This document shows positions 38,997 to 48,654 of a stretch of DNA of 64,000 bases, in pieces. Within the stretch, counting starts at the first letter, position 1; the number at the start of each line of letters is the position of its first letter. The notes beneath the pieces were generated by a model. It searched no databases, was not told the DNA's origin, and saw nothing but the letters and a program-made list of their open reading frames with translations. The DNA is taken from positions 372,001-436,000 of IMG/VR virus record IMGVR_UViG_3300005613_000001; one strand, written 5' to 3'. Made by a program: the position numbers and the translations under genes.

Positions 38997-39413
38997 ATGA
39001 TTTGTGAGGCTTGTGGAGAAAAATGCCAAGAAAAATGGTGTCTATCTTGTACTTTTGGGGGGTTCATACCCAAAGAAGTTGACTACTCGCCCTTCAAACC
39101 AATTCTATCGCGTGCAAAGCAACGGAAGAAAAAAATTGACCTGACGCTGAGCGATCTTTACAATCAATGGCAAAAACAAAAGGGGCGGTGTCCGTATACT
39201 GGTTGGAAACTAAAGCTGCCCGCTGGCCGGAATGAAAAACTGCCCAAAACCCCAGATCGCGCCAGCTTAGATCGTATTGATAGTTCAGGCGGTTACACAC
39301 CCGATAACATACAATATGTTTCTCTTGCTATTCAATACGCAAAACACAACTGGTCACAATTTGAAGTGAAGAAAATGCTTTTAGATGCAACAAAGCATCT
39401 GCATTTGATTTAG
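38997..39413 (+). CDS. HNH-like endonuclease
   Basis: Q.GRCPYTG, SLDRIDSSGGY..DNIQ. Confidence 0.8.
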   Translation: MICEACGEKCQEKWCLSCTFGGFIPKEVDYSPFKPILSRAKQRKKKIDLTLSDLYNQWQKQKGRCPYTGWKLKLPAGRNEKLPKTPDRASLDRIDSSGGYTPDNIQYVSLAIQYAKHNWSQFEVKKMLLDATKHLHLI

Positions 39414-39441
39414 TTTTCTTCTTTTTCTCAGGGAGTTTAAC

Positions 39442-41295
39442 ATGAAATTGGTTAATGGTATGCTCGTAGAAGATGGAGTGCCTATGGGCAAAAGAATCAA
39501 ATTGGTAGGCGGGAATGGGCAAATAACCGTCCCACCTATGGATTATCGTAGCGATGATGACCACATTAAACTGTGTCATGTGCTAAGAGAATGTTGCTCT
39601 AATGCAGAAAACTATGGAGCAACAAAAGCTCATGCTATGATGACTTGGGGTTTCGGTCACAACTGGCTGAATTTCATGCACGATGGGGAACCATTCGATA
39701 ATTTGATTGATGACATTATCGCTCTAGGTTGTCGCCCTTTTATTTCCAAATTTGAGGGCAAAGCCTTTCAAGGTAACGGGTTGGCTGCTTCTTCTGCTGG
39801 TGTCTCGTCGTCATACCCCCTCTTGTTGATTGGTTCTAACACCAAAAAAGAGGGGTTTAAGGTGGGTATTGGCTGTCCCTCAGAAACTAATGAATGGTGG
39901 CAGTTTGATGCTACAGAAGTTTGGGAGCCTGAACTCCGCAGACTGCTCGGCAATAAATTGATTGATTCGCATAACGTGATCTATAGCTTCAAATTTGATT
40001 TGCAAGAAACCAAAGCGCGTTTGTGGTTGAATGGAAAACTTTTCAACACTCTCGCAATGCAGGCCCCCAGCATTCTGGGTGATGGCGAAACCACACCTGG
40101 AAAATTGCAACTGTATTACACAGAAAAACAAATTGGCTATCCCTACCCCACCAAGAAGCATGCAAAGACGTATTCCACATATGAAACCGCGAGACGATTA
40201 TTGAAAAATTCGGGTGCTACCCGAAGATACACTAAGTCTTTCCAAGGTTTAGTCGCACGGTTCGTAGGCAAGGGTGCGGGAGGTACAATGCATGATGGGC
40301 ATTTTGAAATCCCCTGTAAACCCTTTGCGCTTGAAGATAAAAACAGAAAAGAAACCCTGGAAATTCAAAAGGCAACGCTTCATATTAACTTTTGGCCCGC
40401 TGTGAAAAACAAAGATAGAGGCGCTCACGGGCGGCACTTCCATGAAGTGCTTCGAGATGGCTCTGTTGATGGCGACTTCAAAGCTGGCAAACAATGGGAA
40501 TATGGAATTCAACCTTATACAAAAGTTTTCTTGGTAATCCCTTGGCTTTGTGATGATTATGCCGAAAAAGATGAAGATGAAAATAAATACAAACGCTTTT
40601 TGGATAATAGTCTTGGAACATATGGTCGTCCTCGGAATATCATGGACATTTTGAATTGTGCGTACAATGAAAAAGGAGACGATGCGAGTTCGGGTGACGC
40701 TTATGTTACCATTCACGTTTCAATTGATGAAATTGGTACGGTAGTGCGACATGGTAAAAGGCATCGCGCAACAGCAAAAGCTGTTTTCGATATTTTTGGG
40801 CGAAGGTCTGACTTTACATTCTCCAATAACACTCTGATTCACCAAACGCTTAAGAAAGCTGCTGAATCTGCTGAAGAGACAGAAGATTTAAAACGATTGA
40901 GAGAATTGTGTGACCAATACTTTAAGGTCGATCAAAGTGATATGGTTGAAATCTATGAGAATTACGGAGGCAGAACTAAGAAGAATGGCAACAATGTGGA
41001 GTTAAGCCGGAAGAATAACGTAATTCTTTACGATTTAGAGGCATCCAAAGAGGCAGGCGAACCTGTTGAATTGGAAAAAGAGCTTAAACCTGGCAGTTCA
41101 ATCAGAGTGTTGGCTTGGCACAAAGTTCTTGGCCGTTTTATCAAACCTGACGAAGTGATTCCCCAAGACTTAACTAAAGGTCTAACCATAACGCACGCCG
41201 ATGATTTCGGGGTTGAAGAAGCGGCAGAGATGATAGCTCAACACAATTTGGTTGAAGACACACTTGCTATTGCCGCTCAATTGAAAAGAGATTAG
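39442..41295 (+). CDS. large protein with divergent GHKL ATPase N-terminus
   Basis: LRECCSNA, HDGEPF, QGNGL in Bergerat-fold order. Confidence 0.6.
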   Translation: MKLVNGMLVEDGVPMGKRIKLVGGNGQITVPPMDYRSDDDHIKLCHVLRECCSNAENYGATKAHAMMTWGFGHNWLNFMHDGEPFDNLIDDIIALGCRPFISKFEGKAFQGNGLAASSAGVSSSYPLLLIGSNTKKEGFKVGIGCPSETNEWWQFDATEVWEPELRRLLGNKLIDSHNVIYSFKFDLQETKARLWLNGKLFNTLAMQAPSILGDGETTPGKLQLYYTEKQIGYPYPTKKHAKTYSTYETARRLLKNSGATRRYTKSFQGLVARFVGKGAGGTMHDGHFEIPCKPFALEDKNRKETLEIQKATLHINFWPAVKNKDRGAHGRHFHEVLRDGSVDGDFKAGKQWEYGIQPYTKVFLVIPWLCDDYAEKDEDENKYKRFLDNSLGTYGRPRNIMDILNCAYNEKGDDASSGDAYVTIHVSIDEIGTVVRHGKRHRATAKAVFDIFGRRSDFTFSNNTLIHQTLKKAAESAEETEDLKRLRELCDQYFKVDQSDMVEIYENYGGRTKKNGNNVELSRKNNVILYDLEASKEAGEPVELEKELKPGSSIRVLAWHKVLGRFIKPDEVIPQDLTKGLTITHADDFGVEEAAEMIAQHNLVEDTLAIAAQLKRD

Positions 41296-41326
41296 TTTCC
41301 CACTTCCATTTTCAGAAGGTTTTAAA

Positions 41327-42001
41327 ATGAAAAAGAAGAAAGCCAAACCGCCAGTTTGGGGTTTAAAGATTGCATCCGTATCCCAAATGGATGGTGAAGA
41401 AAAAGCGGTTCCATGTACAATTGAAGAGTGGGCAGCATTACCACCCGCCCAACGATTACCCAGTCGTCAAATTCGGGCTAGATGTAATACCAATGGAGAA
41501 TCTATCAACATTGGTGTTGTAGAAGAACTCCCCAAAGGCCCTAAAGGGAAAAAGCAACCGCCTCCTGGCCCTAGATTAAAGTTGATAGGAAAAGATGGCA
41601 AGGCGGAAGGGGTAGGGATAAGTGGAAAAGCAAAATCCACAACTGGCAACAAGTCTTCTTTGCCCTACTTTGACGGACCAGAAACAGGAGAATTATGCCG
41701 ATATAGTATCAAGGGTGTATTTGAACTGAATAAAAATGATCCTTGGGTAAGAAAATACTTCTTTCAAGGAGATCGCAGGCTCAGCAAAAAACAAAAGGAA
41801 ATGCGGGCCAAGCTTTTTATCAGTTTGGAAATTAGAGGCAAGACAATAGCTGAAACATATCGTGGCTACGAAAATCAAGGAGAAATGAAGGGAGCCACTA
41901 GAATGGATGAGTCCGATTTTATCAACAAGACACTTACAGTACAAGTGCAAGAAGATCCATTGATCTTGGAGCTAACTGATAAAATGGATGAAGATGACTA
42001 G
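41327..42001 (+). CDS. hypothetical protein
   Basis: 224 aa, AGAAGG RBS. Confidence 0.7.
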   Translation: MKKKKAKPPVWGLKIASVSQMDGEEKAVPCTIEEWAALPPAQRLPSRQIRARCNTNGESINIGVVEELPKGPKGKKQPPPGPRLKLIGKDGKAEGVGISGKAKSTTGNKSSLPYFDGPETGELCRYSIKGVFELNKNDPWVRKYFFQGDRRLSKKQKEMRAKLFISLEIRGKTIAETYRGYENQGEMKGATRMDESDFINKTLTVQVQEDPLILELTDKMDEDD

Positions 42002-42795
42002 GACAGTCGCTCCATAGCAACCTCATGGTACTTTTGGAATTTTTCAATTCCAATATAGTTTCTGTTTTCGTCTTTACATACAAGTCCCGCTGTTCCAACC
42101 CCACTGAAGGGGTCTAGAACAGTATCTCCGGGTCGTGTTAGATATTTTATCCAATGCGACATGAGATTGTAGGGAGTCCCCGCCCCGTGCCCGAGGGCAC
42201 CGGATGAAGTCGGGTGGTATGTATTTGGTAACTTCAGTAAGTTGAAAGGTGTCGCCCCGCCCCTTTCTTTTGGAACAGAATAGGCCCTATCGTGGCGGAT
42301 TGTATAGCCACTAGGGGAAGAAATCAAATCATTTGTTGATTTCTTTGGTTGTTTTGCGTAGGGGATTAAAATGGCATCTTGGTTTCTATAGCATTGAGAA
42401 TCACCAAGCCAAATACACATTTTAACAGAGGGTCGCATTAAGCCGTATTTTCTTTGAGAATGTACGTTGGGCATGGCCGCGTTGTTGAACCAATAAACAT
42501 CTTGAATTATATTCCATTCGTTTCCTGCCCACACCAAGAACTCCCATAGCCACGTTCGCATCTGCCCGACTTTCTCGCTATTCGCTTGCACGATGAATAC
42601 AGCGCTTCCATCGTCTGTGAGTATTCTTCGAGATTCAATAACAATCGTCTTCATCATGGAAAACCAGTCTTCAACCGATATGCGTCCATATTCTCGGTCT
42701 ATCTCTGGATACGGAGGGTCAGTAACAATTGCATTTGTACTTTTCTCTTCTATAGTTGGAAGGATATCTAAACAGTCACCTTGAAATAATCTCAT
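41998..42795 (-). CDS. N4/N6 DNA methyltransferase (beta class)
   Basis: GDC, TDPPY ... VLDPFSGVG, YIGIE. Confidence 0.93.
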   Translation of the reverse strand: MRLFQGDCLDILPTIEEKSTNAIVTDPPYPEIDREYGRISVEDWFSMMKTIVIESRRILTDDGSAVFIVQANSEKVGQMRTWLWEFLVWAGNEWNIIQDVYWFNNAAMPNVHSQRKYGLMRPSVKMCIWLGDSQCYRNQDAILIPYAKQPKKSTNDLISSPSGYTIRHDRAYSVPKERGGATPFNLLKLPNTYHPTSSGALGHGAGTPYNLMSHWIKYLTRPGDTVLDPFSGVGTAGLVCKDENRNYIGIEKFQKYHEVAMERLS

Positions 42796-42807
42796 ATTGT
42801 AATATAG

Positions 42808-42842
42808 AAAAACCCGCCTCAATTAATTTTGAGGCGGGTTTT
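42808..42842. terminator. intrinsic terminator
   Basis: AAAACCCGCCTCAA TTAATT TTGAGGCGGGTTTT. Confidence 0.88.
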
Positions 42843-42868
42843 AGTTTTTCAAAACCTTACCTTTTTGT

Positions 42869-43195
42869 TTACGCACCGACTTTGACGACCATAAGATCAA
42901 CAACATCGGTTCCTGTACCGGCCAGAGTAACGCCCGAAAGAACGCCATCTGTTTCTACCTTCGTTACGACAACTGCGTTAGCAGCTTGAGTCATAACGTT
43001 GTATTCTGTGCCAGCGGCATCCATAGCTTCTGGGAAGTTATAGGTAGCTGCACCAGCGGCCAAAGTGACCTGTACTGCCAACATAACTCTTGGCCCGATA
43101 AGCTTCTCTACGCCAACAAAATTTCTTTCTTTTGGCCCTTTTGCGGAACCTTCTGCGGAACCTGGACCCACACCTGTTACTGAAGTTGCACCCAT
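42869..43195 (-). CDS. putative virion decoration/fibre protein (MGATSVTGVGPGSAEG)
   Basis: shared N-terminal arm; strong RBS and terminator. Confidence 0.7.
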   Translation of the reverse strand: MGATSVTGVGPGSAEGSAKGPKERNFVGVEKLIGPRVMLAVQVTLAAGAATYNFPEAMDAAGTEYNVMTQAANAVVVTKVETDGVLSGVTLAGTGTDVVDLMVVKVGA

Positions 43196-43286
43196 TGTAT
43201 TGTCTCCTATTTAAAATTTAAAGTTAACTTCAAGAATATCTATGCGCTTATTAGAACAAATTGATAACAATATAGTCCAAATAAGA

Positions 43287-43721
43287 TTATGTTGCTTCTA
43301 TGCCTAAATGAACCACAGTCCACATAACCATTCTACCCGCTACATCAGATTGCCCAGCGACAGCGCCACCATAGGCATTTAGATGGAAGGTTGGAAATGT
43401 AGTAGTGCCCCATTTTGCATAAACCTCTGTACGAATGTCCGCGTGCCCATAACCACCATGCTCACCCAGCGGCGTTAACATTACTACATAATTTTCCGGT
43501 CCCTCTGGTAGTGGCTCAGGGAAATTTACATATAATTCAGCGGTATGGTCACCTACTAAGACATGTCCTGCTCCTACATTTGCGGTAGGTAGGGTTGCAA
43601 TTCCCGCAGCCACAACGCGAGGCCCGTTTTTTGCAACATACATATTACGATCATTTCCCGGTCCTCGGGCATTCGGCATGGCAGAACCTTGTCCTGCACC
43701 TGTTACTGTACTTGCACCCAT
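43287..43721 (-). CDS. putative virion decoration/fibre protein (MGASTVTGAGQGSA)
   Basis: paralog of 42869; exact TATAAATA at 43747-43754. Confidence 0.7.
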   Translation of the reverse strand: MGASTVTGAGQGSAMPNARGPGNDRNMYVAKNGPRVVAAGIATLPTANVGAGHVLVGDHTAELYVNFPEPLPEGPENYVVMLTPLGEHGGYGHADIRTEVYAKWGTTTFPTFHLNAYGGAVAGQSDVAGRMVMWTVVHLGIEAT

Positions 43722-43802
43722 TATATTCTCCTCTTTTGAGATACATTATTTATAATAATCTCAATGATTTTTATTTCTCCACTCTAATATTATTGTTTTA
43801 CT

Positions 43803-44384
43803 ATGAATAAAGAGCAAAAACAAATAATATATGGGAGTCTCCTGGGAAATGCTTATATTTCGTCCCCTAAGACCGCTGTAAATAAATTTTTATCTATTTC
43901 AGGGAATAGGGACTTGGACTGGCTAAGATATAAAGCTTTTAAAATACAGGGCGGTAGGGGGCTCCTGATGCGTGATAAAAACCGATGGGTGTGGAGATCA
44001 ACCTGTGATCCCTTTTGGAACCAAATGCATGAGAAATTCTATGGGCCAAATGGTAAAATGGTTAAAATGGATATTTTAGACTCACTTTACGATGATGCCT
44101 TAGCCATTTGGTTCCTAGATAAAGGCTTCTTTGCCTCTAAATTTAAAATTTGCCTTAGAACTACCGTGTTTGGATATAAAGGGAATTTAACGATAAAACA
44201 GTTTTTTAATGAGGTAGGTATTCCCTGTGGAATACGCAAGGAGAGAAATACAGGTAGAATTCTATTTACAGAGGCGGGGACTAAGATATTTATTAATACA
44301 ATTAGGCGTGCCGTGCCTGAATTTATGGCATATCGCTTGGCACCAGAATCCGACCAAAACCTAAGGTCTTCCAGTGCTTCTTAA
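43803..44384 (+). CDS. LAGLIDADG-family homing endonuclease (possibly degenerate)
   Basis: IIYGSLLGNAY and ALAIWFLDKG; canonical acidic residues altered. Confidence 0.8.
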   Translation: MNKEQKQIIYGSLLGNAYISSPKTAVNKFLSISGNRDLDWLRYKAFKIQGGRGLLMRDKNRWVWRSTCDPFWNQMHEKFYGPNGKMVKMDILDSLYDDALAIWFLDKGFFASKFKICLRTTVFGYKGNLTIKQFFNEVGIPCGIRKERNTGRILFTEAGTKIFINTIRRAVPEFMAYRLAPESDQNLRSSSAS

Positions 44385-44766
44385 AATGCTCACAATAGTC
44401 TTCATAGGTAGCTAAAGTCCATTTATCATTAAGGCAAGACCCATATTTCTTAGCATATAGCTTTTCGTACTCCTCCACAGCAAACATTTCCGCCTCTATT
44501 TCTAATGAATAGAGTATTTTTGTATGTCTGCCATTCATTGTCATGCGATTTTGTTTAAATTGCATAGCATGACGCATCTCATGAAGAAGCGAAAGCAACC
44601 TACGACGGCAAATTCGCTTATCTCGCAAGCAAATTTCCCATAGGATAAAATTCAGAATGGCTTCAGATTTTAACCGATCTAATGCAAACGGATCGAAGTA
44701 TAACTTTAAATACTTCAAGTTATAACGTTTGCGTAGTCGTTTAAACTCCGTTTGGATATTTGGCAT
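44323..44766 (-). CDS. HExxH metallopeptidase-like protein
   Basis: LLHEMRHAMQ ... EIEAE. Confidence 0.65.
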   Translation of the reverse strand: MPNIQTEFKRLRKRYNLKYLKLYFDPFALDRLKSEAILNFILWEICLRDKRICRRRLLSLLHEMRHAMQFKQNRMTMNGRHTKILYSLEIEAEMFAVEEYEKLYAKKYGSCLNDKWTLATYEDYCEHFKKHWKTLGFGRILVPSDMP

Positions 44767-44797
44767 GCCCCTACTATATTTCTAATTTAAATAAAAG

Positions 44798-45682
44798 TCA
44801 AGCCGCTTTTCTAGGAATGGGAATATAATCCCTTGGATATTCTTTTTGAGGATTGTTCATATCCTTAATTGGCAGTTTTCTTGCGGGTAATTCTAAAATA
44901 AAATCATAGTTTTCGGCACGCAAGAACTTATAAATTTGCAACAATGAACTCCAATACCCTTCACCGCCCCCTGTTTTCGTATTGCTGCCTCTAGAACAGA
45001 TGGCAAAAAACTCCCCATTATCGGTGAAGACTCCACCCCCGGAGCGACCCCCACGCGGTCCATTTTTCTGGGTAACATATTCAGTTACAGTTCCTCTTTT
45101 TCTTTCTTCTTGAAACTCAACTAAATAATGGGCAATTTCTGATCCGCCGTCACACCCTACGCTATGATATTCTTGTCCTTTAACAAGTTTTAAATTTAGG
45201 GGGGCAATTGGAGCATAAATTGGATTTTTCCATTTTGGTTTGAATCGCATTAAGCTAACATCCCAAACTCCGCCACCACCTTTCCACACCTGACAAACAT
45301 GGCATAAGACCTCTGCTTCGTACTTTTCAGGTTTGGCTAATTTCTTTTCGTTATGGTAGAATACTGTTACTTCTCGGGTTCTGGGGTTCTTTTTGTATTC
45401 ATCTACACCTTTGTAGCCGTTGTTGAATAGGTGTCCGCAAGAGATGACGTACATGTAATTGGTAGATGAATCAAAATAAACCATTGTGCCTGATCCGCCT
45501 CCTATTTTTACTGAGGGGATTAACCATAATGCCCATTCTTCTCCTCGTTCTTGCCATCCACGTCGCGGAGCTTCCTCTTTGTATTCAATTTCAGCAACGG
45601 GTATGGGTGTGGGAAGATCAAGTGCCTTAGAAGTAGGCGGCAGAAGAGAGAAAAAAATTGTTATCATCCATAACATTTTCAT
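44798..45682 (-). CDS. exported trypsin-like serine protease
   Basis: GSGT, SCGH, DVSL, GRSGGG. Confidence 0.88.
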   Translation of the reverse strand: MKMLWMITIFFSLLPPTSKALDLPTPIPVAEIEYKEEAPRRGWQERGEEWALWLIPSVKIGGGSGTMVYFDSSTNYMYVISCGHLFNNGYKGVDEYKKNPRTREVTVFYHNEKKLAKPEKYEAEVLCHVCQVWKGGGGVWDVSLMRFKPKWKNPIYAPIAPLNLKLVKGQEYHSVGCDGGSEIAHYLVEFQEERKRGTVTEYVTQKNGPRGGRSGGGVFTDNGEFFAICSRGSNTKTGGGEGYWSSLLQIYKFLRAENYDFILELPARKLPIKDMNNPQKEYPRDYIPIPRKAA

Positions 45683-45776
45683 AATAACTTATTTATGTAA
45701 GAAAGCCCGTTTCTTCGGAATAAAAGAAACGGGCTCCCAGTACCAAAAGTGCGATATCTTATTTATAGATAGTAAT

Positions 45777-45992
45777 ATGAAAACTTTAGATTTACATGGC
45801 ACAAAACATCACGAAGTAAATCGCCTCCTTGAAAACTTCGTGTTATTGAATGACCTCCCTGTAAGAATCATCACAGGGAACAGTCCAGCCATGAAATCTC
45901 TATTAAATGATGTTTTGGAAGCACATAACCTTATTGGTGAATTTGAAAACTACTACAATTTGGGGGCATCAATCATTAGAGAAAAGCCCTAA
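45777..45992 (+). CDS. minimal Smr-domain-like protein
   Basis: LDLHG, RIITG, NLGA. Confidence 0.75.
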   Translation: MKTLDLHGTKHHEVNRLLENFVLLNDLPVRIITGNSPAMKSLLNDVLEAHNLIGEFENYYNLGASIIREKP

Positions 45993-46117
45993 AGAAATCC
46001 TTGTTGAAACAATTGCTTCCTTACTATGTTGAGTGAGAGTGAAATTAAGTTTCTTCATGATGCTGAAAAACTTACATTTACAGAGCAGTATGAAAATTTA
46101 TATCAAGAAAGATACCA

Positions 46118-46585
46118 ATGATCGAGCTTTATTGTGGCACGATTGCATCAGGAAAATCAACTTGCGCCAAAGAAAGAGCCAAAGAGGGTGCAATCATTAT
46201 AAATGATGATGCCATTCTTTTAGCAGTTCATGCCGGGGATTACACCCTTTACGATAAAAAACTAAAACCGTTTTACAAATCTATTGAAACCCACATCCTG
46301 CTTTCTGCTGTTTTAATGGGGAGAGATGTCATTATTGATAGAGGGCTTCACTTGAGGAAGGAAAGCCGGGCAAGATGGATCGCTCTGGCAAGAAGCCTTG
46401 AAGTGCCCATTCATGCGAGGGTTTTTCCAATAGAGTCGCCGGAAGTGCATGTGGAACGCCGAATGAAATCTGATAGTAGAGGTCTCACCCGCGAATTCTG
46501 GATGGAAGCCGTTCAAGAGCATATAGAACAATATGAAAGGCCCACTCTATCCGAAGGTTTCAACCACATAACGGTTATCAGATGA
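46118..46585 (+). CDS. P-loop kinase (AAA_33-like)
   Basis: GTIASGKST, VIID, P...EGF. Confidence 0.85.
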   Translation: MIELYCGTIASGKSTCAKERAKEGAIIINDDAILLAVHAGDYTLYDKKLKPFYKSIETHILLSAVLMGRDVIIDRGLHLRKESRARWIALARSLEVPIHARVFPIESPEVHVERRMKSDSRGLTREFWMEAVQEHIEQYERPTLSEGFNHITVIR

Positions 46586-46684
46586 CACCCATCGACATTT
46601 TTGTGATTTTCATATTGCCCGCTCTAGGTTGGTGGCAATTTATAATGGTTCGCATGATTGTGAAACATTTGACTACATAGAAGC

Positions 46685-47023
46685 ATGAAACGAGTGGGTT
46701 ATAAAATAGTCGCCTATGACAGCAACCGATATTACTCTTTGCAATCTAATGCAACCATCAATGGGGAAATAGGGTCTATCATCACCCATCCACAAGGCAT
46801 ATATTTAGGAGCAAGCGAAGAGTTTGTTAAGGATTATTACACAGGGCTCACAGACGATATTGACATACTAATGACTTATGAATTTGATGAGCAAGATATA
46901 ATTAAAAATAATGGCTCTGAAATCCTAGTACGTCAAGCTATGCTGAAAAACAAACAGGTTCTACCCAAACAAGAAGACTTCAGTTTCGCTAAATGGCTAC
47001 ATCATGAAAAGCTACAAACTTGA
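46685..47023 (+). CDS. hypothetical protein
   Basis: 112 aa ORF. Confidence 0.65.
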   Translation: MKRVGYKIVAYDSNRYYSLQSNATINGEIGSIITHPQGIYLGASEEFVKDYYTGLTDDIDILMTYEFDEQDIIKNNGSEILVRQAMLKNKQVLPKQEDFSFAKWLHHEKLQT

Positions 47024-47179
47024 AATCAAACTAACAGAACTCGCTACTGCCCGATTTATGGCTGAATTAAAAGAGGCGGAGCGCAAGTGTAAAAAAGCAA
47101 AAGATTCCAATGGCAAGAGGTTAATGGAAAGTGTAATCTCCGTCCTTGAATCTCAAATTAAAAAGCAGCAGAAAAGAAT

Positions 47180-47386
47180 CTAATCCTTTACGCCCCATTT
47201 GACATACTTATACCAGATTCTTTCATGTACATAAAAGATAAGAGTTTTAATAACAAAATCAGCTAGAGTAAGCCAACCCCCTGTTGATATACTCCCTGTA
47301 ATTATAAATCCAGCTAATCCTGTAAAGAGGCTTCCAAATACCCTGTATGTGATGGCTTTTGCCAAATGTCGCTTCTTCTCGATCAT
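47180..47386 (-). CDS. DUF2061-like small membrane protein
   Basis: RHLAKAITYR ... YVHERIW..VKWG. Confidence 0.8.
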   Translation of the reverse strand: MIEKKRHLAKAITYRVFGSLFTGLAGFIITGSISTGGWLTLADFVIKTLIFYVHERIWYKYVKWGVKD

Positions 47387-47474
47387 ATTCTATTTAGAGT
47401 AATACTCTAACTCATTTTCTACGATTTATAGTCCCTCAATCTTATATATTTATAAAAGATAAGTATATATTCTT

Positions 47475-48137
47475 ATGGGTGATCCGAGAAGAGGTAGAAA
47501 ATATTTAACGCCAGCAGGCCAGCTTGTTGTCTTTCTGTATGCCAAGCGATTGGCCGCTGCCTGGGATGACCCCTATCAAGAAGAAGATGTAGTAGTTAAG
47601 CATATCGGCAAAGGGTACTCAGGCGAGCTTGAAGATATTCCTTTTCATTACTTGAAGCCTGTCCGTAAACGACGCCGACCCCAAGCACTTCCTTCTGATC
47701 GCGGGGGTTATTCATGTCCGCATTGCAGGACTTCATTTCCTAATTATCGCGGCCCCGAAGTAGAATGCCCTGGCTGTGGAAGTATTGGGGAATCTTTTAA
47801 AGAGTGGCTACTTAATGAAATGGCAATGATTTCATTACCTCGCCCCTTGGCTACTGAAGATGGGGTTATTGATGCAATTGATTTAAGATTAGAAGATTAC
47901 CCTAAGAATACAGAAAAAGAGAAAACAAAGTTATCATTGCTTATGTTTAGAAGTCCATTTTGCGGCAAATTTCCCGGCTCTAGTAAATATTTCGTATTTG
48001 ATGGTGAGGATTACACAATTGATATGCAACCACATCCTGATTACATACAATTGCCGGAAGATTGGTGGGAATTCGCCGTAGCTTATAGAAAAAACAAGGT
48101 TGTCAAGCGGCCAAGGAAGGCCCGCATTTATGATTGA
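47475..48137 (+). CDS. hypothetical protein with Zn ribbon and internal CTS-like motif
   Basis: CPHC..CPGC followed by ESFKEWLLNE. Confidence 0.7.
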   Translation: MGDPRRGRKYLTPAGQLVVFLYAKRLAAAWDDPYQEEDVVVKHIGKGYSGELEDIPFHYLKPVRKRRRPQALPSDRGGYSCPHCRTSFPNYRGPEVECPGCGSIGESFKEWLLNEMAMISLPRPLATEDGVIDAIDLRLEDYPKNTEKEKTKLSLLMFRSPFCGKFPGSSKYFVFDGEDYTIDMQPHPDYIQLPEDWWEFAVAYRKNKVVKRPRKARIYD

Positions 48138-48439
48138 GGTCCGAATATATGAGCCGGATCATCAAGTGCGTCAGGCGATTTGCCTTGAAACTGCATGAAT
48201 TTTATTTCTAATTGTCTAATTCTCTCCTTCACGGCATTTAACATCTTGTGAAGGTTTGAAGAGTCGGTCATTGCTCTTTGTACTCCTACTTCAAGCCTTC
48301 TAATAGCATAAGGCTCCTCAGGAGTTGATTTAACAGGAGGCGCAGTAGGAACTTTCATCCCAGCAGCCGGTGTTTGGCTTGGTAATTCTTCTGTGGGGCT
48401 GTCCCCTACGTTCTCTATAAAATCTCTAAAAGCACCCAT
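48128..48439 (-). CDS. putative internal head protein (MGAFRDFIE)
   Basis: CTS-like start. Confidence 0.7.
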   Translation of the reverse strand: MGAFRDFIENVGDSPTEELPSQTPAAGMKVPTAPPVKSTPEEPYAIRRLEVGVQRAMTDSSNLHKMLNAVKERIRQLEIKFMQFQGKSPDALDDPAHIFGPQS

Positions 48440-48458
48440 TTAGCCACACCACCAGTGC

Positions 48459-48654
48459 CAATGTGTTAGCTGTATGTTCCCATACAGATCGGACTATCTC
48501 ATCCCCGTAGGGCCGGGCGCTCTTGCTGGTAATTAAGAGGACTCTACCTCCCCAGTAGTCTCTGCACCTTCTTCCGGTGTACCGAAAGCTTGGCTCAGGG
48601 TTGCCCGTTCTGGGTTTTCCCTGAATTCACCCGATTTAACGTGGCCTATTTTAT
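48459..48654 (-). ncRNA. group I intron ribozyme (compact, with P7.1; no ORF), intergenic
   Basis: P3 TCGGGTG/CGCCCGG; P4 TCAGGG/CCCTGA; P5 CCC/GGG; P6a CTTTCGG/CCGGAAG; R GTGCAGAGACTA; P7.1; P8 CCC-TACG-GGG; S ATGAGATAGTCC; P9 CTGTATG-GGAA-CATACAG; P9.0 GAT/ATT before omega-G at 48459. Confidence 0.9.

Noticed and set aside
29128-39413. HNH genes on both sides of the CRISPR locus as a mobile cassette
   Set aside because: No terminal repeats, target duplication or recombinase seen; free-standing HNH genes are common in such phages.
42828-42838. TTT-GAGGCGGG in terminator matching 8 nt of the seed of the spacer at 33296-33331
   Set aside because: Too short to distinguish from chance.
43803-44384. 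LAGLIDADG gene as part of an intron
   Set aside because: No group I core in its flanks, and it is 4 kb from and opposite in strand to the ribozyme.
46003-46010. GTTGAAAC resembling a repeat end
   Set aside because: No preceding hairpin or TGG; better explained as a -35-like element.
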